Shown here: positions 29,946 to 39,720 of the stretch, in pieces
Numbering within the stretch: position 1 is the stretch's first letter
How the letters are laid out: each line of letters opens with the position of its first letter
Assembly: GCA_036679605.1 (NCBI GenBank)
Contig: JAZDCZ010000157.1
Location: forward strand, 1 to 42,854
Reading direction: 5' to 3'
Origin: Gemmatimonadota bacterium
GTDB taxonomy: Bacteria; Gemmatimonadota; Gemmatimonadetes; Gemmatimonadales; GWC2-71-9
Length of the DNA stretch: 42,854 bases
Notes under the pieces: model-generated
Databases searched by the model: none
Seen by the model: the letters and a program-made list of their open reading frames with translations, nothing else
Told to the model about the DNA's origin: nothing
Translations under genes and position numbers: made by a program

Positions 29946-30307
29946 CTCCAGTCCGCAAGTACCGTCCCGAGCGCCTTGCCACGCTAATTCGGGAGTCTCT
30001 GGCAGAAGCCCTGATGACCGAGCTGAAGGATCCGCGTGTCGGGTTTGTTACGATTACAGGTGCGAGCGTTTCACCCGACGGATCACATGCTACCATCCGG
30101 GTCAGTCCGATGGGCACTGCAGAGGAGAAGAAGCGCGCGATGCAGGGACTCAGCAGCGCCCGGGGGTTTCTTCGCACTCACCTCGCACGGAAACTGCACC
30201 TTCGGAACGCCCCGCAGCTACACATCGTGTTGGATGACAGCTTGGAGTACGCCAACAGGATCGACACCCTCTTGCGAGGCATTGAGGATGGCGAGTCCAC
30301 CTCATGA
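29942..30307 (+). CDS. rbfA: Ribosome-binding factor A
   Basis: [36 protein letters not shown]. Confidence 0.95.
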   Translation: MTPVRKYRPERLATLIRESLAEALMTELKDPRVGFVTITGASVSPDGSHATIRVSPMGTAEEKKRAMQGLSSARGFLRTHLARKLHLRNAPQLHIVLDDSLEYANRIDTLLRGIEDGESTS

Positions 30308-31155
30308 GGGACGGCCTACTACTCGTAGACAAGCCAGCCGGCCCCACATCACACGATCTTGTAGCTGCTGTTAGACGTGCCTTGCAGATGAAGCGTGTGG
30401 GACACGCGGGCACACTGGATCCTTTCGCCACCGGCCTCATGGTGGTGTTGGTTGGGAGGGCGACCCGGTTGTGTCAGTTCATGGTTGGACTTGCAAAGCG
30501 GTACAGCGGAGCCATCCGGCTCGGGCAGACGACCGATACCGACGACTCTACGGGCTCCATCACCGGACAAGACGACTCCTGGCGCACCGTGGACGAGTCT
30601 CTCCTGAACGACTCAGTGGCCAAATTGGTTGGGCGATACCTTCAAAGGCCTCCAGCATATTGCGCCCGCAAGGTGGACGGTCAGCGGGCCTACCGGCTGG
30701 CACGCCGGGGCGAGCCTGTAGAGCTTGAGCCCCGCGAGGTCGAGGTGGCCCGCTTTGAGGTCACCGACAGGCAAGGAACCGATGTTTCTTTCCGGTGCGA
30801 AGTCAGTGGCGGAACATACATTAGGGCGCTCGCGCGCGACTTGGGGGTGGCACTGGGTTGTGGCGCGCACCTGTTCTCTTTGCGACGGGAATCCGTCGGG
30901 CGATTCTGTATTGAGGATGCAATCTCCCTAGATGAGCTAGCCTCTGGATCTCCGATCTGTTCGCCAATTCGCGCAGTAGAGCATTTGCCGCACCTGGAAA
31001 TAGATCTCCCCACGGTGGAGAAGATCCGACACGGTCGTCCGATCCCCGATTCGGTCGAGGGCGAAGGGCAACTGGCATTGGTCTACCAGAACGCGTTGGT
31101 GGCCGTAGCCGAACGGAGTGGTGGCATCATCAAGCCGCGTGTGGTCTTGCAATGA
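30304..31155 (+). CDS. truB: tRNA pseudouridine(55) synthase
   Basis: [32 protein letters not shown]. Confidence 0.96.
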   Translation: MRDGLLLVDKPAGPTSHDLVAAVRRALQMKRVGHAGTLDPFATGLMVVLVGRATRLCQFMVGLAKRYSGAIRLGQTTDTDDSTGSITGQDDSWRTVDESLLNDSVAKLVGRYLQRPPAYCARKVDGQRAYRLARRGEPVELEPREVEVARFEVTDRQGTDVSFRCEVSGGTYIRALARDLGVALGCGAHLFSLRRESVGRFCIEDAISLDELASGSPICSPIRAVEHLPHLEIDLPTVEKIRHGRPIPDSVEGEGQLALVYQNALVAVAERSGGIIKPRVVLQ

Positions 31156-32063
31156 ACCCGGCAGAGGCTGGATCCGACTCAGTGGGCACCGTGATAACCG
31201 TGGGGACATTTGACGGCGTTCATCTGGGGCATCAAAAGGTGTTGGATGAGATAACGAATCGAGCGAGGAGAGAAGGACTGAGGAGCGTCCTGGTAACGTT
31301 CGAGCCGCACCCGTTGGAGATCGTCAATCCGGAAGCCGCTCCACGCCTGCTGACGTTGGCCGACGAGCGAAGGGAGATCCTGGCACAGAGTGAATTGGAT
31401 CTCGTTGCTTTCCTGGAGTTTACGACTGAATTATCTCGCCTCTCTCCAAACGACTTTGTCGCGCTGTTGATCAACCGCTTCGGGTTGAAGGAACTCGTGA
31501 TCGGGTACGATCATGGATTCGGCAAAGGAAGGGCAGGCGATGTCTCGCTACTGCGAGTGCTGGGCGAGAATCTGGGATTTGGAGTGGAAGTGATTCCGCA
31601 GGTCGATGTCGCCGCTCGATCCGTATCGTCCACCAGGATTCGGCGGGCGGTAGCCGGTGGAGATCTCGAAGGAGCTAGTGCGCTGCTTGGTCGGCCATAT
31701 TCGATGACGGCATGCATCGTCGCCGGCATGGGGCGCGGTAAGGATCTGGGATACCCGACGATCAATTTGGACATTGGGGACGCCCGCAAACTGCTACCAC
31801 CCGATGGTGTATATGCAGTGCGTGTGGAGTGGGCATCAGGAGCGGCCAGCGGGATGATGCATTTGGGACCGCGTCCGACCTTTGGTGAGGTAGACCGGTC
31901 GCTGGAGGTTCACCTCCTAGATACAGAGGAGACGTCTTACGGCAGTGTGGTCAAGGTGTCGTGGATCGCACGGTTAAGGGATATACGGCACTTCCGGTCA
32001 GCAACCGAGCTGGCGGAGCAACTGGGCAGAGATCTGGTGGCAGCTCGTTCTGCGTTGACATGA
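31152..32063 (+). CDS. ribF: Bifunctional riboflavin kinase/FAD synthetase
   Basis: GTFDGVHLGHQ, VSSTRIR, GYPTINL, GPRPTF, EVHLLD. Confidence 0.96.
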   Translation: MNPAEAGSDSVGTVITVGTFDGVHLGHQKVLDEITNRARREGLRSVLVTFEPHPLEIVNPEAAPRLLTLADERREILAQSELDLVAFLEFTTELSRLSPNDFVALLINRFGLKELVIGYDHGFGKGRAGDVSLLRVLGENLGFGVEVIPQVDVAARSVSSTRIRRAVAGGDLEGASALLGRPYSMTACIVAGMGRGKDLGYPTINLDIGDARKLLPPDGVYAVRVEWASGAASGMMHLGPRPTFGEVDRSLEVHLLDTEETSYGSVVKVSWIARLRDIRHFRSATELAEQLGRDLVAARSALT

Positions 32064-32117
32064 ACCATCACTCTCGGTAGCTATTCAATCTTTGCCATTA
32101 CGATTCTTTAGGATCTT

Positions 32118-33761
32118 ATGTTTTCAACAATTCGCAATCGACTGATTCTCATCGGCGTCGTGACTCTGCTCAGCATCCTATCGCTGATCCCGCGGAACAC
32201 GACCATCCGGATCAGGGGTGGTGACGGGGTAATGAAGGACACCACCGTACGCCGCGTGCCTTTGAAGCTTGGGCTCGACCTGAGGGGCGGCATTCACCTG
32301 GCTCTCGAGATCGACAACAGCAAGGGCAACGTACCCAATCCGGAAGATGCGATCGACCGGCTCTTGACGGTGATCCGTACCCGGATTGACGAATTCGGTG
32401 TGGCCGAACCTCTGGTCCAGAAGGAGGGGACCGATCGGCTTGTGGTGGAACTTGCAGGCATCGATGATCCGGGTCGAGCCAAGCAAATCGTCCAGCGCTC
32501 AGCGTTTCTGGAATTTCGCATAACAGATATGGACGAGCGCTTCAAGGATGCGCTTCCGAGCATCGACGCTGCGTTGGCCCGTGCGGGCATTCGTGGACCA
32601 AACTCGGCCGCCGCGACGCCGTCTACCGTGCAACAGCTTCTGGGAGGTGACACCAGTTCGACGGGTGCCGATTCAGCAGCCACCGACTCTACTGACGTTC
32701 TCGACGGCCCTGGCGCCCTCAGTTCCTATCTATTCGTGGGAAGTTTACCGGGAGAGTTCTTGGTTCCCGAGGAAAACTATCTTCAGGTCGACAGCCTCAT
32801 TCAACTCGACGTAACCAAGCGGGCCGTCCCACGAGGCCTTGAACTGGTCTGGGGTATCGAGCCGATCTCGCAAGGTTCGAGGCCGTTTCGCCAGCTCTAT
32901 GCCGTGGACAACCAGCCCATCATTACAGGCGAGAGGTTGTCGGATGCTTCTGCCACAATCGATCCGGTCACGCGGAGCGCTGTGGTTCAGTTCCAATTGA
33001 ACCGTGCTGGTGGCAGGATTTTTCGCAGGGAAACGGCGCGCCACGTGGGCCATTACATGGCGATCATGCTCGACGGACGAGTCAATCGCCAACCACCCAT
33101 CATCAGGTCGCAGATCGGCAGGCAGGGGCAGATCGAATTAGGGAATGCAAACCTACAGGAGGCACAGGACCTCGCACTCGTGTTGCGTGCGGGTGCTCTA
33201 CCTGCGCCGATTTCGATAGTTGAGGAGCGCACTGTCGGTCCGAGTCTGGGCAGGGATTCCATCGACCGCGGACGGCTTGCTGCCATTTCCGCGACCGTCC
33301 TGGTGCTGCTGATAATGCTGTTCTACTACAGGACCGCCGGCGTGTTGGCAACGGCCGCGCTCGCTTTCTATGTCCTATTCACCTTTGCCGGCCTAGCTGC
33401 TCTGGATGCTACGCTCACCCTGCCAGGTCTGGCCGGCTTCGTTCTCTCGCTGGGTCTCGCAGTGGATGCAAATGTTCTGATCTTCGAGCGAATACGAGAG
33501 GAATTGCAGCTTGACAAGACTAGCCGTGTGGCCGTGGATGCCGGCTTTCGTCAAGCGATGCCGGCAATCATCGACGCTAACGTGACAACGATTATCACCG
33601 CCGCGTTTCTATTTCAATTTGGTACCGGACCTGTTAAGGGCTTCGCCGCAACGCTTATTATCGGCATCCTCGCATCGCTTTTCACGGCCGTGTTCATAAC
33701 GAAGACCTTCTTCCTCATTTGGCTGCGGAACCGACCTGCTAACCAGGGACTTCCTATCTGA
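32118..33761 (+). CDS. secD: Protein translocase subunit SecD
   Basis: LGLDLRGG, LRAGALPAP, VGPSLG, AVDANVLIFERIREE. Confidence 0.97.
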   Translation: MFSTIRNRLILIGVVTLLSILSLIPRNTTIRIRGGDGVMKDTTVRRVPLKLGLDLRGGIHLALEIDNSKGNVPNPEDAIDRLLTVIRTRIDEFGVAEPLVQKEGTDRLVVELAGIDDPGRAKQIVQRSAFLEFRITDMDERFKDALPSIDAALARAGIRGPNSAAATPSTVQQLLGGDTSSTGADSAATDSTDVLDGPGALSSYLFVGSLPGEFLVPEENYLQVDSLIQLDVTKRAVPRGLELVWGIEPISQGSRPFRQLYAVDNQPIITGERLSDASATIDPVTRSAVVQFQLNRAGGRIFRRETARHVGHYMAIMLDGRVNRQPPIIRSQIGRQGQIELGNANLQEAQDLALVLRAGALPAPISIVEERTVGPSLGRDSIDRGRLAAISATVLVLLIMLFYYRTAGVLATAALAFYVLFTFAGLAALDATLTLPGLAGFVLSLGLAVDANVLIFERIREELQLDKTSRVAVDAGFRQAMPAIIDANVTTIITAAFLFQFGTGPVKGFAATLIIGILASLFTAVFITKTFFLIWLRNRPANQGLPI

Positions 33762-34729
33762 TGTTTCGACTATTCGATAAAGCGAACTATGACGTGCTCA
33801 GTATGTGGAAGAAGGGTATGATCGTAGCGCTTGCGTTTACTATTCCTGGGTTATTGTTGCTCGCTATCCGGGGGCTCAATACGAGCATCGAGTTCACTGG
33901 CGGAACACTGATCGAGTTGCAGTTTTCCGACACCTCAGCCAACACCGGGGCCATTCGATCCGCTCTGGCTGGAACCGAGCTTAGCGGCGCGGAAATCAAA
34001 GTTTTCGATACGCCGCAAGATTTCGTGATCAGGGCTCGCCTCGATCCGAAGGCAGGTATCACGGAGGAATCGACTCAGGCGACGGCGGCAGTACTCGACA
34101 GTCTCTTGCGTGCAACCTTCGAGGCTGACGACTATGAAATCGTACGCACAGAGGCGATAGGCCCCAAGGTCGGAAGCGAACTCAGAACGCGCGTTCAATT
34201 GGCCCTGATGTTGTCCTTTGCCGCAATTTTTCTGGTTATTTGGTTAAGGTTCGAGTGGCGGTTTGGCTTGGCCGCCGTGCTGGCGACGGTTCACGATATT
34301 CTCACGACTCTGGCATTCGTGTCGTACATGAACCTGGAAGTTTCTCTGGTGGTGGTGGCAGGGCTACTGACGATCATAGGTTATTCGTTGAACGACACGA
34401 TAGTCACATTCGACCGGGTACGGGAGAACCTCCACAAGTTCAAGCGCAAAGGCATCTACGAGATTCTCAACAGGAGTATTAACGAGACGTTGCCCAGAAC
34501 GATACTGACTTCCGGAACCACTATCGTGGCTACGGTGGCACTGCTGCTTCTCGCAGGCAAGGTGATCAGCGGGTTCGCGTGGGTTATGACATTCGGCATT
34601 ATTACGGGAACATTCTCATCGATCTTTATTGCCTCTCCCATTCTTCTCGCCGTTGAGCGCCGGTGGCCCGGAGAGGATGTGCGAGGCACCAAGACCTTGT
34701 CGACAGCCACCGCCCAGGTCGCAAAGTAA
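33761..34729 (+). CDS. secF: Protein translocase subunit SecF
   Basis: IEFTGG, IGPKVG, GYSLNDTIVTFDRVRE, TLPRTILTS. Confidence 0.97.
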   Translation: MFRLFDKANYDVLSMWKKGMIVALAFTIPGLLLLAIRGLNTSIEFTGGTLIELQFSDTSANTGAIRSALAGTELSGAEIKVFDTPQDFVIRARLDPKAGITEESTQATAAVLDSLLRATFEADDYEIVRTEAIGPKVGSELRTRVQLALMLSFAAIFLVIWLRFEWRFGLAAVLATVHDILTTLAFVSYMNLEVSLVVVAGLLTIIGYSLNDTIVTFDRVRENLHKFKRKGIYEILNRSINETLPRTILTSGTTIVATVALLLLAGKVISGFAWVMTFGIITGTFSSIFIASPILLAVERRWPGEDVRGTKTLSTATAQVAK

Positions 34730-34750
34730 GTAGCTGGTCTGCGGGACACC

Positions 34751-35530
34751 TTGTTGGTCGATACTCACTGCCACCTTGGCGACGTCAAGTTCGATTCCGA
34801 CAGAGACGCCGTCATTAGCCGTGCACGGAGCGCCGGAGTTCGGCACGCCATCGTGATTGCCGACTCCGAAGTTGCTACCCGGCAAGGAATAGAGTTGGCG
34901 CACAAGTACGGCTTGTCGGCTACGGCAGGTGTGCATCCGCATGAGGCCGCGTCATGGAACGACGACGTTGCAACTGGTATTGAGAATGCCTTGAGTGATC
35001 CGGCAGTCGTGGCCGTCGGTGAGTCCGGACTTGACTATCACTACGATCACTCGCCGCGAGAAGTGCAGAGGGAAGTCTTTCAAAAACAACTGGAGATCGC
35101 CGCGCGCCACCAGATGCCGATTGTAGTTCACTCTCGGTCAGCTGATGAAGATATGATGACGATGCTGCGCGACGCAGAGGCCACCGTAGTGTTGCACTCA
35201 TTCAGTTCTGGTAGGCAGCTTCTTGAACTAGGTCTCGAGAGGAACGACTATGTCTCGTTTAGCGGTATGGTGACGTTTCGGTCATGGCACGACGACGAGG
35301 CCGTAAAAGCAGTTCCGGCCAATAGGATACTAATCGAGACCGATTCACCATATCTCGCTCCGGTGCCGCATCGTGGGAAACGCAACGAGCCCGCGTTTGT
35401 TGCCGAAGTCGCCGCTCGCATTGCTGAATTGCGTGGCTTAACGCTGGAAGAAATCGCCGTTCAAACGACCGCAAATGCCGCAGAGTGTTTTGGATTACTC
35501 TTGCATCACAACGAACTCGATCACCGATAA
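34751..35530 (+). CDS. tatD: TatD-family hydrolase
   Basis: DTHCHL, GVHPH, GESGLDY, HSR, ETDSPYLAP..RNEP. Confidence 0.93.
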   Translation: MLVDTHCHLGDVKFDSDRDAVISRARSAGVRHAIVIADSEVATRQGIELAHKYGLSATAGVHPHEAASWNDDVATGIENALSDPAVVAVGESGLDYHYDHSPREVQREVFQKQLEIAARHQMPIVVHSRSADEDMMTMLRDAEATVVLHSFSSGRQLLELGLERNDYVSFSGMVTFRSWHDDEAVKAVPANRILIETDSPYLAPVPHRGKRNEPAFVAEVAARIAELRGLTLEEIAVQTTANAAECFGLLLHHNELDHR

Positions 35531-37206
35531 TGACACAAACATTCCCAACCGACATTCAGATTGCACAACAAGCGAAGCTCCGGCCGATCACAGAGGTCGC
35601 GGCAGACCTGGATATCAAACCTGACGAATTGATTACGTACGGGACTACCAAAGCCAAGATACGTCTCGAAGCCAGCGCAGCTCGCGAACGAAAGGCGAGA
35701 CTCGTGCTGGTTGCCGGCATAAACCCAACTGCGGCAGGAGAGGGCAAATCGACGGTTACGGTGGGGGTAACGCAGGCGCTCAGGAAACTCGGTCACAAGG
35801 CCGTCCTCTGCATGCGGGAACCCAGCCTAGGCCCGGTGTTCGGCATCAAAGGTGGAGCAGCGGGCGGAGGGTACTCGCAAGTCGTGCCGATGGACGAGAT
35901 CAACCTTCACTTCACCGGTGACTTCCACGCGATTACGAGTGCCCACAACCTGCTATCGGCGATGCTGGACAACCATCTTCACCATGGCAATGCACGAGGG
36001 ATCGACCAACGCCGTATCACCTGGCCACGCACCATGGATATGAACGACCGGGCGCTGCGGAACATCACCGTGGGTCTCGGTGGACCACTCGGAGGTATGC
36101 CGCGAGAGGAACACTTCGTCATTACCCCGGCAAGCGAGATCATGGCTGTAATGGCACTGTCGACCGATCCTAGGGACCTCGAGGAGCGCCTGGGCCGCAT
36201 CATCGTGGCGATAACCAGAGATAAGCAGGCGGTGCGCGCCAAGGACCTGAACGCCCAAGGGGCCATGGCCATGTTGTTGAAGGACGCGCTGATGCCGAAC
36301 TTGGTGCAAACCTTGGAGGGTGGTCCAGCGTTCGTTCATTGCGGTCCGTTTGGCAACATTGCGCACGGATGTAATTCGGTCGTTGCCACCGACCTGGCAC
36401 TCAGGGTGGCCGACATCGTGTTGACGGAGGCGGGGTTCGGTAGCGATTTGGGCGCAGAGAAGTTCTTTGATATCAAATGCCGAGCGGGAAATCTGAATCC
36501 GGAAGCTGTCGTAATTGTGGCGACCGTCCGAGCGCTCAAAATGCATGGCGGAGTAGGCAAAGACCAATTGGCAGAACCCAATCCGGGTGCTGTCGAACGC
36601 GGATTTGCGAACCTAGCAAAGCATATCGATATCGTTCAACAATTCGGGGTGCCCTCGGTTGTAGCACTAAATCGTTTTCTCACCGACAGTGACGAGGAAC
36701 TCGATGTAATAAGGAGCGGGTGTGCTGCTAACGGGACAGACGTCGCATTGTGTGAGGTTTGGGAGAAGGGTGGGGCAGGGGGCATCGAACTCGCTGAGGC
36801 GGTCCTCGGATTGCTGGATGGTGGTGATGCCAAGTACGCGCCCTTGTACGATACCGCACTGTCGATTCAAGATAAGGTCGAGACGATTGCCAAGCGTGTG
36901 TACGGAGCTGAAGGGGTCGACTTCACACCGGCTGCCACTCGCGCAGCAGCACAGCTCAAGGAGTTTGGCCTAGGAGAGACGCCGGTCTGCGTCGCTAAGA
37001 CACAATATTCGTTGAGTGATGATCCCAAGAAACTCGGTGCGCCCCAGAACTTCCGCCTCAACATCCGCAGGGTATATCCGTCCGCCGGCGCCGGGTTTGT
37101 CGTTGCACTCGCGGGTGATATCATGACAATGCCAGGCCTGGCCAAGATACCGGCTGCCGAGCGGATGCGAGTTGGGACAGACGGAACACTTGAAGGGCTT
37201 TTCTGA
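35530..37206 (+). CDS. fhs: Formate--tetrahydrofolate ligase
   Basis: PTAAGEGKST, GIKGGAAGGGYSQ, GPFGNIAHG, TEAGFGSDLG, IMTMPGL; start ATG 35530 overlaps the tatD stop. Confidence 0.97.
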   Translation: MTQTFPTDIQIAQQAKLRPITEVAADLDIKPDELITYGTTKAKIRLEASAARERKARLVLVAGINPTAAGEGKSTVTVGVTQALRKLGHKAVLCMREPSLGPVFGIKGGAAGGGYSQVVPMDEINLHFTGDFHAITSAHNLLSAMLDNHLHHGNARGIDQRRITWPRTMDMNDRALRNITVGLGGPLGGMPREEHFVITPASEIMAVMALSTDPRDLEERLGRIIVAITRDKQAVRAKDLNAQGAMAMLLKDALMPNLVQTLEGGPAFVHCGPFGNIAHGCNSVVATDLALRVADIVLTEAGFGSDLGAEKFFDIKCRAGNLNPEAVVIVATVRALKMHGGVGKDQLAEPNPGAVERGFANLAKHIDIVQQFGVPSVVALNRFLTDSDEELDVIRSGCAANGTDVALCEVWEKGGAGGIELAEAVLGLLDGGDAKYAPLYDTALSIQDKVETIAKRVYGAEGVDFTPAATRAAAQLKEFGLGETPVCVAKTQYSLSDDPKKLGAPQNFRLNIRRVYPSAGAGFVVALAGDIMTMPGLAKIPAAERMRVGTDGTLEGLF

Positions 37207-37217
37207 GGGAGGAAAAG

Positions 37218-37595
37218 ATGGAAATCGTGGCGACATCGAAGGCGCCTCAGGCGATCGGACCCTACAGCCAGGCGATCATCGCAGGGGATCTCGTGTTCAC
37301 CGCCGGCCAGATCCCGCTCGACGCCGAGACTATGGAAACAGTGGGCTCGAACGTCGCCGAGCAAACCGAGCGGGTAATGCAAAACCTGGCTGCCGTCTTG
37401 GAGGAATCTGGCGCAAGTCTGCAGAAAGTCGTGAAGACAACCGTCTACCTTTCTGACATGGCTGATTTTCCCGCGATGAACGAAGTATATGCCAAGCATT
37501 TCGGCGAGCATAAGCCGGCGCGTTCCACCGTTCAGGCGGCGGGGCTACCGAAGAATGTCCTCGTCGAGATCGATGCGGTCGCGACAAGGGCCTGA
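37218..37595 (+). CDS. ridA: RidA-family enamine/imine deaminase
   Basis: APQAIGPYSQA, GQIP, KTTVYL..MNEVY..F..PARS, LPK..VEID. Confidence 0.93.
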   Translation: MEIVATSKAPQAIGPYSQAIIAGDLVFTAGQIPLDAETMETVGSNVAEQTERVMQNLAAVLEESGASLQKVVKTTVYLSDMADFPAMNEVYAKHFGEHKPARSTVQAAGLPKNVLVEIDAVATRA

Positions 37596-37603
37596 ACCCT
37601 CGA

Positions 37604-37700
37604 GGGGGCGGATTTGGTCTGGTGGCCTGCGCGGTCTTCAAAACCGTTGAGAGGTGCCTTTGGCGGCTCTGGTGGGTTCGATTCCCACACGCTCCCGCCA
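37604..37700 (+). tRNA. selC: tRNA-Sec (anticodon UCA)
   Basis: Anticodon arm GCGGT-CTTCAAA-ACCGT; D-loop TGGT; long variable arm; T arm GTGGG-TTCGATT-CCCAC; discriminator G plus encoded CCA; 97 nt. Confidence 0.95.
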
Positions 37701-37709
37701 CAACGACCT

Positions 37710-37742
37710 ACGGCGTTTCGCACACCCCGTGTGAGGCGCCGT
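37710..37742 (+). terminator. Hairpin after selC (possible terminator)
   Basis: 14-bp stem with three G-U pairs, ACGGCGTTTCGCAC/GTGTGAGGCGCCGT, followed by a weak TCTTC tail. Confidence 0.5.
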
Positions 37743-37760
37743 TCTTCAATCCCGCAAAAC

Positions 37761-37781
37761 TGGGTAACCAATGGGTCACCA
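37761..37781. repeat. Tandem 10-bp direct repeat (candidate integrase arm-type sites)
   Basis: TGGGTAACCA-A-TGGGTCACCA, about 60 nt downstream of the tRNA CCA. Confidence 0.5.
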
Positions 37782-38183
37782 CAAAAACAAGTGTAAGGTC
37801 TCGTGCGCGCCGTCGCTGGAAGTCGATCGACGACGACAGCCTCGCGGTACTTGACCACTGGTGGCAGCGGCCTGAGCTTCAGGAGGCGGCCGACCGTCTT
37901 GTCGATCACAGTGATCCGATAGGACAGCGAATCCTGGACGGCCAGTCGTCTACTGAGTAGATAGGAGTCTACGCACGTAGTGCCGAGGAACAGTGAAACG
38001 TGTGCCCGCCGTCGTATGTCGAGCATGGAGTGTAGTGGCCCGCTCGGCGTTTCAGCAATGCCAATGTCTGGTGGTTTCCGGCAACTATTCCGTCGTAAGT
38101 AGTGTCAGGTGTCAGGCAATAACCGGACAAAACTTGGGGGTGCGTTCTGATAAAGTACCCGTGTCAAACAAAACTGGTCGCTT

Positions 38184-39113
38184 ATGTCTAAGGTGCCTCG
38201 CCTGTTGTTCGGAACGTCGCGCGCAATGGTCGAGGTACTGGAGTTGTGCAAGCGCTACGCGCATAGCAGCTATCCGATTCTGATTCTCGGGCCGGCCGGG
38301 AGTGGAAAGACAGTGCTTGCGCGCCACATACATGGGCTCTCCGGGCGTTCCGGCGATTTCGTTAATTGTTCGGTAGTCGGCATCCCGGAGAACCTGGAGC
38401 ACTCCTATCTTGCGGGACACGCTGCTGGAGCGTTCACTGGGGCGAAGTCCCAGCAGAAGGGGCTCATCGAGGCAGCGCATCTGGGTACGCTGTTCCTGGA
38501 TGAGTTGGGCCTGGCCTCCCCGAACCTCCAGTGCCTCCTGCTCCAATTTCTTGACCAAGGTACCCTCCGGCGACTGGGAGATACGCGTGTGTTGCCAGTC
38601 ACGGTACGCCTCGTGGCAGCGACCAACGCCGACCTGAGCGATATGTGCGAGAAAGGGTTGTTTCGTCGCGACCTCCTGGGTCGGTTTGGCTACTTGCACA
38701 TTGAATTGCCGCCGCTCACTGACCGGCGCGATGAGATCTTGCCGTTAGTGGACCACTACTTGGAATATGAAAGCCGGGTGACTGGCCGGTGTTCGACTCC
38801 GATCCTCACGGCTGCCGTCCGCGAGTGCCTCCATGTCGCGCCGTGGCGTGACAACATTCGCGAGATCCGGGCCGTTTGTCAGTATATCGCGCTCAATAGC
38901 ACTGAGGACGCCGCGGTTGAAATATACGATCTTCCGCCCGCGTTCATCAGGAGGCTTGGAGACTTAGCTTCCTTGCGAGCTGAGCGGAGCCTGGCGGACC
39001 GTGCCCGCGAGGCACTTCGCATGACAGGGGGTAACAAGACGAGGGCGGCCCGAATCCTCGGGGTAAGTCGTAGGCACATCTATCGGTTGCTCGAGACTCC
39101 ACCGGGGGCGTGA
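38184..39113 (+). CDS. Sigma54-dependent enhancer-binding protein lacking an N-terminal sensory domain (AAA+ plus Fis-type HTH)
   Basis: Walker A GPAGSGKT, intact GAFTGA, Walker B GTLFLDE, RLVAATN, C-terminal GGNKTRAARILGVSRRHIYR. Confidence 0.9.
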   Translation: MSKVPRLLFGTSRAMVEVLELCKRYAHSSYPILILGPAGSGKTVLARHIHGLSGRSGDFVNCSVVGIPENLEHSYLAGHAAGAFTGAKSQQKGLIEAAHLGTLFLDELGLASPNLQCLLLQFLDQGTLRRLGDTRVLPVTVRLVAATNADLSDMCEKGLFRRDLLGRFGYLHIELPPLTDRRDEILPLVDHYLEYESRVTGRCSTPILTAAVRECLHVAPWRDNIREIRAVCQYIALNSTEDAAVEIYDLPPAFIRRLGDLASLRAERSLADRAREALRMTGGNKTRAARILGVSRRHIYRLLETPPGA

Positions 39114-39154
39114 CATGTCACGCACAGAGCGTGACGGCACGTGTGACATGTCAC
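39108..39154. promoter_or_regulatory. Palindrome cluster, candidate upstream activator sequence 1
   Basis: GCGTGACATGTCACGC (39108-39123, perfect 16-bp palindrome), GCGTGAC (39129-39135) and GTGACATGTCAC (39143-39154). Confidence 0.65.
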
Positions 39155-39243
39155 GGTACCCCATAACATCGATCGAGGATGTGCCTCGGTCCATGTCTAG
39201 CCACGACAGGCGGTTGCGCACAGTCTAAACCGCGCCGTCGCTC

Positions 39244-39259
39244 GGGCACGGCCCCTGCC
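39244..39259 (+). promoter_or_regulatory. Sigma54 (-24/-12) promoter 1
   Basis: gGGCACggcccctGCc: GG-N10-GC, with GGCAC and TGC, upstream of the gspE-like ATG 39273. Confidence 0.65.
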
Positions 39260-39272
39260 TTAGACGGTCTCC

Positions 39273-39593
39273 ATGGCTGATTCACAGGTGTCGACCGGCG
39301 AGCTGACCTTACCCGAAGGGCTGACACGGGCGTACCTGCTGCATCACCGGATATGTCCTAAAGCTCGCGCTCCGGACGGGTCGGTGATAGTTGTTGTATC
39401 GCCGAATGCACTGCTTGAAGGCCTCGATGACATAGGCTACGCCTATCGATGTGCCGTGACCGTCCAGGAAGCCTCGGACGAGGAGGTCGAGCGTCTGATC
39501 GAGCGTCTCGCAACGAGGTCGGAGCGCTTGTTCGAACTGGGGCGGGTTGAGGTATCTGAGGACGAGTTCGCTACCGACGTGCGCGACTTGGCC
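39273..39593 (+). pseudogene. 5' fragment of a GspE/PilB-type secretion ATPase
   Basis: YLLHHRICP...EEVERLIERL...TDVRDLA resembles the GspE N-terminal domain. Similarity ends where the N2 domain should start; no Walker motifs; the ORF runs on to a stop at 39653. Confidence 0.65.
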
Positions 39594-39720
39594 CGTGCGT
39601 CCTCTGGAGCCGGAAGAACCCCGACCACTGCGCACCGGCAGGATCGGCGGTGAGCCACAGGAGATTCCGGAGCTCTTCATAATAAATCTAAGCCACGCGC
39701 GTGCCGCCGATGTGGCCGCG
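39594..39720 (+). pseudogene. Internal fragment of a GspD-type secretin N-domain
   Basis: In another frame: PELFIINLSHARAADVAA, matching the secretin N-domain 'V(I/Y)xLxHAxAxxxA' pattern. Confidence 0.5.

Noticed and set aside
26696..33761. No ylxR between nusA and the L7Ae gene; no yajC before secD
   Set aside because: Ordinary lineage variation in operon content; the genes may lie elsewhere.
37532..38026. 164-aa minus-strand ORF and plus-strand ORFs 37614/37622
   Set aside because: They overlap tRNA-Sec and have no recognisable domain; not an integrase.
39108..39154. GTGACATGTCAC repeats as a mini-CRISPR or transposon end
   Set aside because: Only two full 12-bp copies, no cas or transposase gene, and their position fits a sigma54 enhancer better.
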